Shown here: positions 16,784 to 24,170 of the stretch, one piece after another
Position numbering within the stretch: the first letter of the stretch is position 1
Layout: every line of letters starts with the position of its first letter
Origin: Candidatus Latescibacterota bacterium
Lineage (GTDB): Bacteria; Latescibacterota; UBA2968
Assembly: GCA_038279365.1 (NCBI GenBank)
Contig: JAYODI010000057.1
Location: 15,094 to 39,263 of the forward strand
Direction of reading: 5' to 3'
DNA length: 24,170 bases
Program-made: the position numbers and the translations under genes
Notes under the pieces: model-generated
Told to the model about the DNA's origin: nothing
Databases searched by the model: none
Seen by the model: only the letters and a program-made list of their open reading frames with translations

Positions 16784-17491
16784 TTAGTGTCCTTGGCCTG
16801 TTCTTGGAATGGTGGGCGACTTTAGTGGGATGCGTTGGTCAAATGCAGGTGCATGCGGGTTGTGACAATCGGTGCAGTTGTTGATGACGCGTTTGCCACG
16901 CCAGCCCGCTAAGCGTTTGCCGTGTGCACCGCCAGCCCAATCATTGGCTTGTTGAAAGTGGCATTGTCGGCAGAGTTCATAGGCATGATCGAATGTTGTG
17001 GTTTGGCCATTTTGCAGTTGGAGCTGTTCGAAGTTGTCATAATTGTGACACGATTGGCAGTCCAATCCCGTGGTTTGACCATGGGTGAGTTGGATGTTGA
17101 GGTGTGACCACCGTTGGGAGATACGCTCTCGTTGCGGTTTTTCTACAGGTTTGGTATGGCATGAGGCACAAGGATATTGGGTGATGTGTTCTGTGCGTTT
17201 GTTGACATAAAAGGGTGTTTGGTTTGGACCGGTGACATTTTGTGCAGGCAGGGCTGAGATGGTTTTGAGTGCCAACAATTCTGTTGGGTCACTTTCAAGA
17301 GATGCGGGTGGGGTGGGTATGATATCGGCGTTGGGGGTGCTGCAACCCATCCAGACCATGCAAAGTAGGCAGAAGATTGGAGACAAACGAATCGTAAATG
17401 GCAATGGATGCACTGCCATGTTGGTTTTGACATTTGGAGCGTGGGATGGGGTGTTTGCCATTTCACGTTTGCCGTTTGCCAGATGTGTCAT
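16784..17491 (-). CDS. Tetraheme c-type cytochrome, probable lipoprotein
   Basis: CASCH, CQSCH, CRQCH, CTDCH, and a hydrophobic segment ending WMGC. The start overlaps the upstream stop (TAATG); an alternative ATG lies at 17419. Confidence 0.88.
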   Translation of the reverse strand: MTHLANGKREMANTPSHAPNVKTNMAVHPLPFTIRLSPIFCLLCMVWMGCSTPNADIIPTPPASLESDPTELLALKTISALPAQNVTGPNQTPFYVNKRTEHITQYPCASCHTKPVEKPQRERISQRWSHLNIQLTHGQTTGLDCQSCHNYDNFEQLQLQNGQTTTFDHAYELCRQCHFQQANDWAGGAHGKRLAGWRGKRVINNCTDCHNPHAPAFDQRIPLKSPTIPRTGQGH

Positions 17492-18198
17492 TATTCACTG
17501 CTCCCTGTTGATGCACTGCGGACAAAGATTTGATCGGTGGTGCGGGGCACATGGCATTGACGGCAATTGACACGTTCGGGATGTGATGTGCGTACTTCTA
17601 TGACGGCTGATGGCCCAGCATGACAAGCCAAGCAGTTTTCACGCAGTTGGAGCGTGTGTGGTATGGGTGGGGGGCTACCTGGTAATGCTGGGCGATGTAC
17701 TGTGGGTGATGCAACACTTTTCCAAGTTGTGGCAACAAATGTTGATTTGGTTGTGGATGCGACATGGCATTGCATACAGTTGGCATATTGTGGGTGGGGC
17801 GTAACGGGAGCATAGGCGTTGAATTTGGGTGTGTATCCCCCTTTGGCGTGGCAGACGTTGCAATTCATGGTACGTGCAATTTCAGGATCTACTTCGTGAG
17901 GGATGACTGGGGGGGCACCATAATAGGCGCGGCGTTCGTAATACATTTTGAGCGCACGGGTGTTGACCCCTTGCTGGGGTTGCATGGTTGCGGACAGACT
18001 CGTGGGCAAGGTGTGCCCTTGTTCTGATCGGGCAGGTGCTTGATTTTGCACACGGTCTAAGACATTGGATGCTGAATGCGTGGGCGTGTGGGTATCTGTT
18101 CGCAATGATTCACCAACGACATATACCGCAACAGCCATGATGCCTACGGTAAGCAGGATTTTCCAGATGGCCATTTGTTTTGGAGGTTGTTCTGGCAT
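17491..18198 (-). CDS. napB: NapB-type nitrate reductase cytochrome c subunit, internally duplicated (4 hemes)
   Basis: RAYYGAPPVIPH..CNVCH..HP..CMQCH, then PGSPPPIPH..CLACH..HP..CRQCHVP. N-terminal hydrophobic helix. Directly downstream of napA. Confidence 0.85.
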   Translation of the reverse strand: MPEQPPKQMAIWKILLTVGIMAVAVYVVGESLRTDTHTPTHSASNVLDRVQNQAPARSEQGHTLPTSLSATMQPQQGVNTRALKMYYERRAYYGAPPVIPHEVDPEIARTMNCNVCHAKGGYTPKFNAYAPVTPHPQYANCMQCHVASTTKSTFVATTWKSVASPTVHRPALPGSPPPIPHTLQLRENCLACHAGPSAVIEVRTSHPERVNCRQCHVPRTTDQIFVRSASTGSSE

Positions 18199-18221
18199 GA
18201 TGAGGTCCTAAGAAGATGACT

Positions 18222-18289
18222 GGTTGCAGGTCACAGGTCACAGGTCGAAAGGTTTTTGGGGTTTGACTTGAGACTTGTAGACCTGAGAC
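18222..18289. repeat. Inverted heptamer-repeat cassette (CAGGTCA / TGACTTG)
   Basis: CAGGTCA CAGGTCA CAGGTCG faces TGACTTG AGACTTG TAGACCTG AGAC between napA and napB. Confidence 0.75.
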
Positions 18290-18299
18290 AGTTTGAAAA

Positions 18300-20627
18300 T
18301 TATGACGTGATCTTTTCGACGCGAACCGCACATTTTTTGTAGTCGGGTTGTTTGGATATGGGACAATAGGCATCTAATGTGAGCTCGTTGATGAGCAGGC
18401 TTTCGTCGAAGAAAGGCACAAACACTTGCCCGGGTGTGGGTGTGGCACGGCCATAGATGTTGGCGGTGATGTCAATTTTGCCACGACGTGATACGAGGCG
18501 CACTTTTTCACCGTCTCGGATACCCAAGCGACGGGCATCTTCGGGGTTGATTTCGACATAAGATGCGGGTACGGCTTGGTGTAAGATGGGTACGCGTCGT
18601 GTCATGGAACCGGTGTGCCAATGTTCGAGTACGCGCCCTGTGTTGAGCCAGAAAGGATAAGATTCATCGGGTGATTCGGCGGCGGGTTCGTAGGGGCGCA
18701 ACCAAAGCCACGCGCGATGATCGGGTTTGCCATAAAAGTCGAAGCCCAATTTTGAGTCGGCTGCGGGGTCGTATTTGGCATTGTAACGCCATTGGGTTTC
18801 TTTGCCGTTGACATAGGGCCACTGAATGCCAGGGCGCTTTTTGAGTTCGTCATAGGGAGCCATGGCATGTTTGGGGTTGTTGTGGAACTGGCGGTATTCT
18901 TCCCATAAGTCGCGAATGTGTGTTTCGTATTTCCACGGGAATTGTTTTTCATAACCTAAGCGTTTGGCTACTTCGATGATTTGCCAAGTGTCGCTCATGC
19001 AATCGCCTGGTGGGTTAACGAGTTGGTCAAAGTGTTGGGTGCGGCGTTCGGAATTGCCATACATGCCTTCGCGCTCGATCCACATGGCAGAAGGTAATAT
19101 GACATCTGCGATGTCTGTGGTGGGTGTTGGGTAGACATCGGACACAACAATGAAACGATCTTCTTTTAGTGCGCCATCGCGGTAGCGGCTGAGCTTGGGC
19201 ATGGTGACCATGGGGTTGGTAACTTGGATCCACATAAATCGAATATCGCCACGATCTAATGCGCGGAACATGGCCACGGTGTGATTGGTCGGCTTGGAAG
19301 GAATGTTTTCAACGGGCACGTTCCAAATTTTGGCGGCCATTTCTCTGTCTTTGGCATTTGTGACCACGCCGTGGGGGAGCTTGTGTGTGAGTGTGCCTAC
19401 TTCGCGAACGGTTCCACAGGCACTGGGTTGTCCGGTGAGTGAGAAGGGGCTGTTACCGGGTTCTGAAATTTTGCCTGTGAGCAAGTGGATGTTGTAGACG
19501 AGGTTGTTGATCCAGGTGCCACGGGTGTGTTGGTTCATGCCCATACACCAAAAGGAAACCACTTTGCGTTTGGGGTCGCCATAGAGGGAGGCGAGATAAC
19601 GAATGTCGTCGGCAGATACACCAGATAGTTTTTCAACTTTTGCTGGTGTATAGTCTTCGAGGAATTTTTTATACGTTTCGAGGCTGCTGTTTTTGGCTTC
19701 GTCGTTGAATTGGAATTTTTCTTCGAGGCCATAACCGATGTTGGTTTTGCCTTCTTTGAAGGCGACATGTTTTTTGACAAAATCCCAATTGACCCAATTG
19801 TTGCGAATGAGTTCATAACAAATGGCATTGGCAACGGCGAGGTCGGTTTGTGGGTTGAAGAGGATGGATTTGTCGGCGGCTTGGCTGGTGCGTGTGGTGC
19901 GTGTGGCAAAGTCGATGATGAGTGTGTTGGGGTTTTTTAATCGGCGGTCGAGCATGCGCGAAAAAAGTACGGGATGCATTTCGGCCATGTTGTTGCCCCA
20001 TGTTATGAAGACATCGGCATGGTCTATGTCTTCATAACAGCCCATGGGTTCATCGAGTCCAAAGCTGGTTAAAAAACCGGTAACGGCACTGGCCATACAA
20101 AGGCGGGCATTGGCTTCGACATTGTTGGTGCCAATGCACCCTTTGTACAATTTGGAGGCCACATATCCATCGGGAATGGTCCATTGACCTGAGCCGTAAA
20201 TGGAAACGGCATCTTTGCCGTGGGTGTCGACGGTTTCTTTGAGTTTGTTGGCAACCAGGTCTAAGGCTTCTTGCATGGGGACTTCGACAAGGGTGCCATT
20301 TTTGCGTACCATGGCTTTTTTGAGGCGGTCTTTGCCATAAAGTGCTTGTACGGAGTGATACCCTTTGACACAGCACAAACCTTTGTTAACGGGTGAGTCT
20401 GGGTCCCCTTTGACGGCTACGGCACGCCCTTCTGCCAAGCCCACCAAGAGCCCACAGCCCACACCACAAAATCGGCAGGGGGTTTTGCGCCATTGAATGT
20501 CGCTGTTGGCGGCTTCTAATGCTTCCCAACTGCCAAATGAAACACCTGGTATGAGTGCTGCTGCTGCCGTGGCGGCAGAGCCAATGGCGAGTTTGCGAAT
20601 AAAATCTCTGCGTGAAACAGCATTCAT
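18300..20627 (-). CDS. napA: Periplasmic nitrate reductase catalytic subunit (Mo-bisPGD, 4Fe-4S)
   Basis: Tat signal SRRDFIR, CRFCGVGC...LCCVKG cluster motif, GSGQWT, ARLCMASAV (Mo-ligating Cys), MGMNQH, LTGQPSACGTVREVG, TGRVLEHWHTGSMTRRV, SKQPDYKKCAV. Confidence 0.96.
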   Translation of the reverse strand: MNAVSRRDFIRKLAIGSAATAAAALIPGVSFGSWEALEAANSDIQWRKTPCRFCGVGCGLLVGLAEGRAVAVKGDPDSPVNKGLCCVKGYHSVQALYGKDRLKKAMVRKNGTLVEVPMQEALDLVANKLKETVDTHGKDAVSIYGSGQWTIPDGYVASKLYKGCIGTNNVEANARLCMASAVTGFLTSFGLDEPMGCYEDIDHADVFITWGNNMAEMHPVLFSRMLDRRLKNPNTLIIDFATRTTRTSQAADKSILFNPQTDLAVANAICYELIRNNWVNWDFVKKHVAFKEGKTNIGYGLEEKFQFNDEAKNSSLETYKKFLEDYTPAKVEKLSGVSADDIRYLASLYGDPKRKVVSFWCMGMNQHTRGTWINNLVYNIHLLTGKISEPGNSPFSLTGQPSACGTVREVGTLTHKLPHGVVTNAKDREMAAKIWNVPVENIPSKPTNHTVAMFRALDRGDIRFMWIQVTNPMVTMPKLSRYRDGALKEDRFIVVSDVYPTPTTDIADVILPSAMWIEREGMYGNSERRTQHFDQLVNPPGDCMSDTWQIIEVAKRLGYEKQFPWKYETHIRDLWEEYRQFHNNPKHAMAPYDELKKRPGIQWPYVNGKETQWRYNAKYDPAADSKLGFDFYGKPDHRAWLWLRPYEPAAESPDESYPFWLNTGRVLEHWHTGSMTRRVPILHQAVPASYVEINPEDARRLGIRDGEKVRLVSRRGKIDITANIYGRATPTPGQVFVPFFDESLLINELTLDAYCPISKQPDYKKCAVRVEKITS

Positions 20628-20657
20628 GGAACGGCTCCTTGGGAATTTAAAGTCTGG

Positions 20658-20692
20658 AGGTTATAGGTCACAAGTCACAAGTCACAGGTTAT
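20658..20692. repeat. Heptamer tandem repeat (AGGTCAC/AAGTCAC)
   Basis: AGGTTAT AGGTCAC AAGTCAC AAGTCAC AGGTTAT between napD and napA. Confidence 0.75.
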
Positions 20693-20928
20693 GACGCATG
20701 TTGGACTTCGCCAAAGGTGAGGACGAGGCATTGAATGTCTTGTATGTCTTTGAGCGTGTCTTGCAGTGTGGATTCTTCTTCTTTGGTGTCTGTTTCGGTG
20801 ACGAGTACCATGACGTCGTCGCGGTTTTCGGCGGGCAACACATTGCACCCAGATAAGCCAGTTAAGGTTTGGGTGAGGGTGGGGTATGTGCCGGGTTTGG
20901 GAAAGACGAGATAACTGCAAATGGCCAT
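20689..20928 (-). CDS. napD: NapD chaperone
   Basis: 79-aa acidic ferredoxin-like protein 'MAICSYLV..P....L..LSGCNV....VLVTE', directly upstream of napA. SD AGGAA. Confidence 0.8.
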   Translation of the reverse strand: MAICSYLVFPKPGTYPTLTQTLTGLSGCNVLPAENRDDVMVLVTETDTKEEESTLQDTLKDIQDIQCLVLTFGEVQHAS

Positions 20929-20945
20929 GGTTAAATTCCTTTGTG

Positions 20946-21278
20946 TCAAGATTTGATCATGATTAAAAGCATTTTAAAATCTGCGATGGCTTGAAGGGCA
21001 TGAGGTTCGTTGGCTGGCATGACGATGGCATCTCCAGTGTTGAGGATATAGGGTGTGCCTGATATTTTGATTTCAACGGTGCCTTCTATCACGTGAACCA
21101 TTGCATCAAATGGTGCGGTGTGTTCGCTGAGTCCTTCGTTTTTAGAAAATGCAAAGAGGGTAACCGTGCCTGTTTCTTTTCCCAATAAGGTTTGACTGAC
21201 GATGGACTCTTTTTGGTAGTCGATGGCGGTGCTGAGGTGTAAACTGTTTTTGTATATGCGTTCGTCAATTTTAGACAC
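20946..21278 (-). CDS. Cupin domain protein
   Basis: TLFAFSKNEGLSEHTAPFDAMVHVIEG...MPANEPHALQA..FKMLL. Confidence 0.9.
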   Translation of the reverse strand: MSKIDERIYKNSLHLSTAIDYQKESIVSQTLLGKETGTVTLFAFSKNEGLSEHTAPFDAMVHVIEGTVEIKISGTPYILNTGDAIVMPANEPHALQAIADFKMLLIMIKS

Positions 21279-21305
21279 GGTGTGCTCTTTTTTTAGATGA
21301 TGGTT

Positions 21306-22445
21306 TCAAGATTGTGCGCGTTTGGGTATGTAGGCGCAATAAGGATCGGCCTCGAGCAAGTCTCCGGTGATGGCAAAGGCACGTGCCCGACTGCCGCCAC
21401 AGATGTTTTTGAATTCACAAAGACCACATTTCCCTTTGAGGTTATTGGAGTCTCTTAAAGAGGTAAAGAGATCTGAGTGGCGATAGACTTCAACCAAGCT
21501 GTCTTTGCGTATATTACCCGCCGAGATGGGCAGAAAACCGCTTGGGAATATGTGACCCAAGTGAGAGATAAAGACAAAACCATTGCCATCGTTTACGCCT
21601 TTGGCGGCACGACCGATTTCGTCTTGGCCGATGTGAAAACCGATGGTGCCATTGCGTTTGACCTCGTTGAGCACCCCATCGGCTTTGGCGCGTTGTAAGG
21701 TGACGCGGCGATAGTGAGGGGCGGCTGTGGTTTTGATATCGAAAGGGGCTGTGTGTGAGATTTCGTAAAGGCGATTGAGGATCCATTCGTATTCGTTGGC
21801 GGTGAGCTCGTCTTTTTCTTGGCCTCTGCCTGTGGGCACAAGAAAAAAGACGCTCCACATGGCAATTTTGAGGTCGATCATTTTTTGGACCAAATCGGGA
21901 AAGTCGTCGAAGTTGTAGCGGGTCATTGTGGTGTTGATTTGTACGGGCAGATCGACGTCGTGTGCGGCTTGAATGGCTTGTATGGTCCATTGGTATGAAC
22001 CTGGTACTTGGCGGAATGTGTCGTGTAATGTGGCATGAGAGCCATCGAGGCTGACTGCCAAACGAGAAAGACCTGCATTTTTGAGGTTTTTAACGACGGT
22101 GGGTGTCATGAGTGGGGTGCCGCTGGGTGTCATGGCCACGCGGAGGCCTTTGTTGCTGGCATAACGGATGATGTCGTAGATATCGGGGCGTTTGATGGGG
22201 TCGCCACCCGTGAGGACCAAGAGTGGGGAGCCAAATTCGCAGATTTGGTCGATGAGTTTGAAACCATCGGAGGTGGTCAATTCGAGTGGGTTTCGAAGGG
22301 GTTGGGCCGAGGCGCGACAATGTAAGCAGGCCAAATCGCAGGCTTGGGTGACTTCCCATATGACAATAAATGGGGATTGGTCGAAGTCTATTTTTAAGAA
22401 GTCGGGTTTTTTCTTGGTGTCTGTCATGGCAAGGACTCGGTTCAT
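21306..22445 (-). CDS. Radical SAM/SPASM protein (TIGR04053/BA_1875-like, NirJ/AhbD superfamily)
   Basis: IWEVTQACDLACLHCRA (CX3CX2C), LTGGDP, VSLDG, SPASM CGLCEFKNICGGSRARA...DPYC. The ATG at 22445 overlaps the ywiC stop (ATGA); an alternative start lies at 22427. Confidence 0.9.
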   Translation of the reverse strand: MNRVLAMTDTKKKPDFLKIDFDQSPFIVIWEVTQACDLACLHCRASAQPLRNPLELTTSDGFKLIDQICEFGSPLLVLTGGDPIKRPDIYDIIRYASNKGLRVAMTPSGTPLMTPTVVKNLKNAGLSRLAVSLDGSHATLHDTFRQVPGSYQWTIQAIQAAHDVDLPVQINTTMTRYNFDDFPDLVQKMIDLKIAMWSVFFLVPTGRGQEKDELTANEYEWILNRLYEISHTAPFDIKTTAAPHYRRVTLQRAKADGVLNEVKRNGTIGFHIGQDEIGRAAKGVNDGNGFVFISHLGHIFPSGFLPISAGNIRKDSLVEVYRHSDLFTSLRDSNNLKGKCGLCEFKNICGGSRARAFAITGDLLEADPYCAYIPKRAQS

Positions 22446-23290
22446 ATGACTTGTAGGGCTATGATGAGATGGGCTGAAAACCATAGGGTATAGGCCGACT
22501 CGATAAGCCCCACACGTTTGAGGTTGGGCAGTGTGTTAGATAAGCACATCCAACCGATGATGGCGCGTATTATGATGGGTGCAAAACCGATGAGGAGGTA
22601 TTTGCCCAGTGCTGGCAGGGTGATGTAAAATGTGGCGATGTTGGCCAATAAGATCAGGTGGTAGATGATGAGGCCACAGCCGAGGATGAGGCGATCTTTG
22701 AAGGAGATGCCAGATTTTTTTTGAACAGCTAAGATGCGCATTTTGACGTATAAGACACTGCTGCCAAAAAAGAGCACATAAAGGCCCCATAGGCCAATGG
22801 CTGTTTGGGAAAGGTGCCCGGTTGCGACAATGATGGCGGAGGGTGCAGTGAGGGTGAGGCCTGCAATGGCAAGCATTTCACCAGAGAAGGTGCGGTCGAT
22901 GCGTTTGCGTGCAAAACGGCTGCGGATGAAGAGCCAAAAAAGAGCAATGGTTGTGGGGGTGCCAATATAGATGAGGTCGTAAAGTGCATAAAAACGGAGT
23001 AAAATTGCAGCACCTATGGCAAATGTGAGACCATAGAGTGTGAGCCATAAACCCGCTCCTTTGGGGGCGCGGGCGCGAATAAAGAGGACGGTTGTGTGCT
23101 GCCCCAGAAAGGCACCCGTGACGGTGAGTATGAGCAATAGGGCGGTTTCTATGGAGGCATGAAGTCCGATGAGTATGGTGATGAGGGGGATGTAGAGCAT
23201 GAACCATGCACCGTGTTCTTGAGGGATGGGTGGGCGTGTGATTTGGGGAATGGCCAATGATGTGTATGTTGTTTGCATGTAAAAACTCAT
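22442..23290 (-). CDS. YwiC-like integral membrane protein
   Basis: N-terminal IPQEHGAWFML signature, multi-TM, SVLYVK, and C-terminal KRVGLIE. Confidence 0.85.
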   Translation of the reverse strand: MSFYMQTTYTSLAIPQITRPPIPQEHGAWFMLYIPLITILIGLHASIETALLLILTVTGAFLGQHTTVLFIRARAPKGAGLWLTLYGLTFAIGAAILLRFYALYDLIYIGTPTTIALFWLFIRSRFARKRIDRTFSGEMLAIAGLTLTAPSAIIVATGHLSQTAIGLWGLYVLFFGSSVLYVKMRILAVQKKSGISFKDRLILGCGLIIYHLILLANIATFYITLPALGKYLLIGFAPIIIRAIIGWMCLSNTLPNLKRVGLIESAYTLWFSAHLIIALQVI

Positions 23291-23297
23291 TTATGAA

Positions 23298-23353
23298 TAA
23301 AAGACCTTTTTGTCATTTTTTATAAAATACCTTTTTTATATGGGATATGTCAA
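23298..23353 (-). promoter_or_regulatory. Promoter of ywiC-rSAM-nap operon with candidate Rrf2 operator
   Basis: Minus strand TTGACA (23353-23348), 18 bp, TATTTT (23329-23324). Imperfect palindrome TAAAAGAC-N6-GTCATTTT at 23298-23319. Confidence 0.55.
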
Positions 23354-23442
23354 TGAAAAAGTTATACTTTTTATGTGTGGTGAGACTTTGACGTGTTTGT
23401 GGGGGGGGATGTTGATACGTATAGAAAATATGTAGTCAGGGA

Positions 23443-23471
23443 TTGACATTATTTGGGTGAAAGGGTAATGT
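23443..23471 (+). promoter_or_regulatory. Sigma70-type promoter of the monoheme cytochrome gene
   Basis: TTGACA (23443-23448), 17 bp, TAATGT (23466-23471). Confidence 0.55.
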
Positions 23472-23648
23472 ATGGGTGGTTTTTTTAGGCACTTAAGATC
23501 AGTGGTTCAATAATGTTCGTATTGGGGAAGAAGAAAGATGGAAGAAGGGGGATGAGAAATGGTGCTTGTTTCCTCTTTTATTTTCCCTCTTCCTCATGAA
23601 TTACGTTATTTAATCATCTGTCTTTAAGACTTAATAGGAGTGTTGTTT

Positions 23649-24032
23649 ATGAAGCGTTTGATTTTGGTGGTGTGTTTGGGTGTGGTGGCTTGTCAGGAGG
23701 CACCAAAAGAAGAAGTTGTGGCAAAGGTGGAAATTTCTGAGGCGGATGTGCAACAGGGGCAGGCATTGTATAAGCGGTATGGGTGTGCGGTATGTCATGG
23801 ACGTACTGGCAATGGGAATGGGCAAATTGCACGGACTTTGAACCCGAGACCACGGGATTTTCATAAGGTGGATGAGTATAAATATGGCCGTTCGGTGGAA
23901 GCGATTACACGTACGATCGCAAAGGGCACGATTAATGAACGGGGAATGGGGATGCCGGGATATCCGCAGATTTCAGAAGCAGATCGGCGTTCGATAGCGG
24001 CGTTTATTGTGTCGATGCAAGAAGAAAAGTGA
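23649..24032 (+). CDS. Monoheme class I c-type cytochrome, lipoprotein
   Basis: Lipobox VVAC, CAVCHG..G.G.G, PRPRDF, GMPGY (Met ligand). SD AGGAG 8 nt upstream. Confidence 0.9.
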   Translation: MKRLILVVCLGVVACQEAPKEEVVAKVEISEADVQQGQALYKRYGCAVCHGRTGNGNGQIARTLNPRPRDFHKVDEYKYGRSVEAITRTIAKGTINERGMGMPGYPQISEADRRSIAAFIVSMQEEK

Positions 24033-24101
24033 TGGATATCTATATTCTGGATGGGATGAGGTTGCTCATATTGATGGGCATGTTTTTTATTTTTAGATGG
24101 G

Positions 24102-24170
24102 TTTGCCTGCGGCGCCTTACTTTTTTTCAACAGCTAAAAAAAGTAAGCAAAAAAAGCCGTCCCTCAGGTG
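24102..24170. repeat. Dispersed structured element, copy 2 (runs off window end)
   Basis: TTTGCCTGCGGCGCCTTAC-T7-CAACAGCT-A7-GTAAGCAAAAAAAGCCGTCCCTCAGGTG. Confidence 0.75.

Noticed and set aside
18300-20627. Formate dehydrogenase, selenoprotein or assimilatory Nas identity
   Set aside because: No in-frame TGA. The ARLCMASA and GQPSACGT motifs, Tat signal and napD/napB neighbours fit NapA.
21306-22445. RiPP maturase role for the radical SAM/SPASM protein
   Set aside because: No PqqD/RRE domain and no plausible precursor peptide ORF nearby. Family features and context point to cofactor chemistry.
23412-23425. FNR/Crp box TTGAT-N4-ATAGA
   Set aside because: The second half-site is poor (expected ATCAA), so it is unsupported.

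Overview
Chromosomal window from a diderm bacterium. The + strand is strongly G/T-rich, and an FCB-group lineage is my inference only. The left half is housekeeping: mraZ with its GTGGG operator boxes, a small lipoprotein, the uppS-cdsA-dxr-rseP operon, 5-formyl-THF cyclo-ligase, a ParB-like small protein, a pentapeptide-repeat protein, a type II ileS with a candidate leader-peptide attenuator, and an EEP-family hydrolase. The right half is an atypical periplasmic nitrate reductase locus on the minus strand: ywiC-like, radical SAM/SPASM, cupin, napD, napA, a tetraheme (duplicated) napB, a tetraheme lipoprotein cytochrome, a Tat-exported NrfC/DsrO-like Fe-S protein and a DsrP-like NrfD membrane protein. 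An Rrf2 regulator, an alginate-export-type porin and a monoheme cytochrome flank it. No napC or napGH is present in the window. The non-coding DNA holds three copies of a dispersed structured element whose stems covary, plus several inverted heptamer-repeat cassettes, one apparently read in frame inside a signal peptide.
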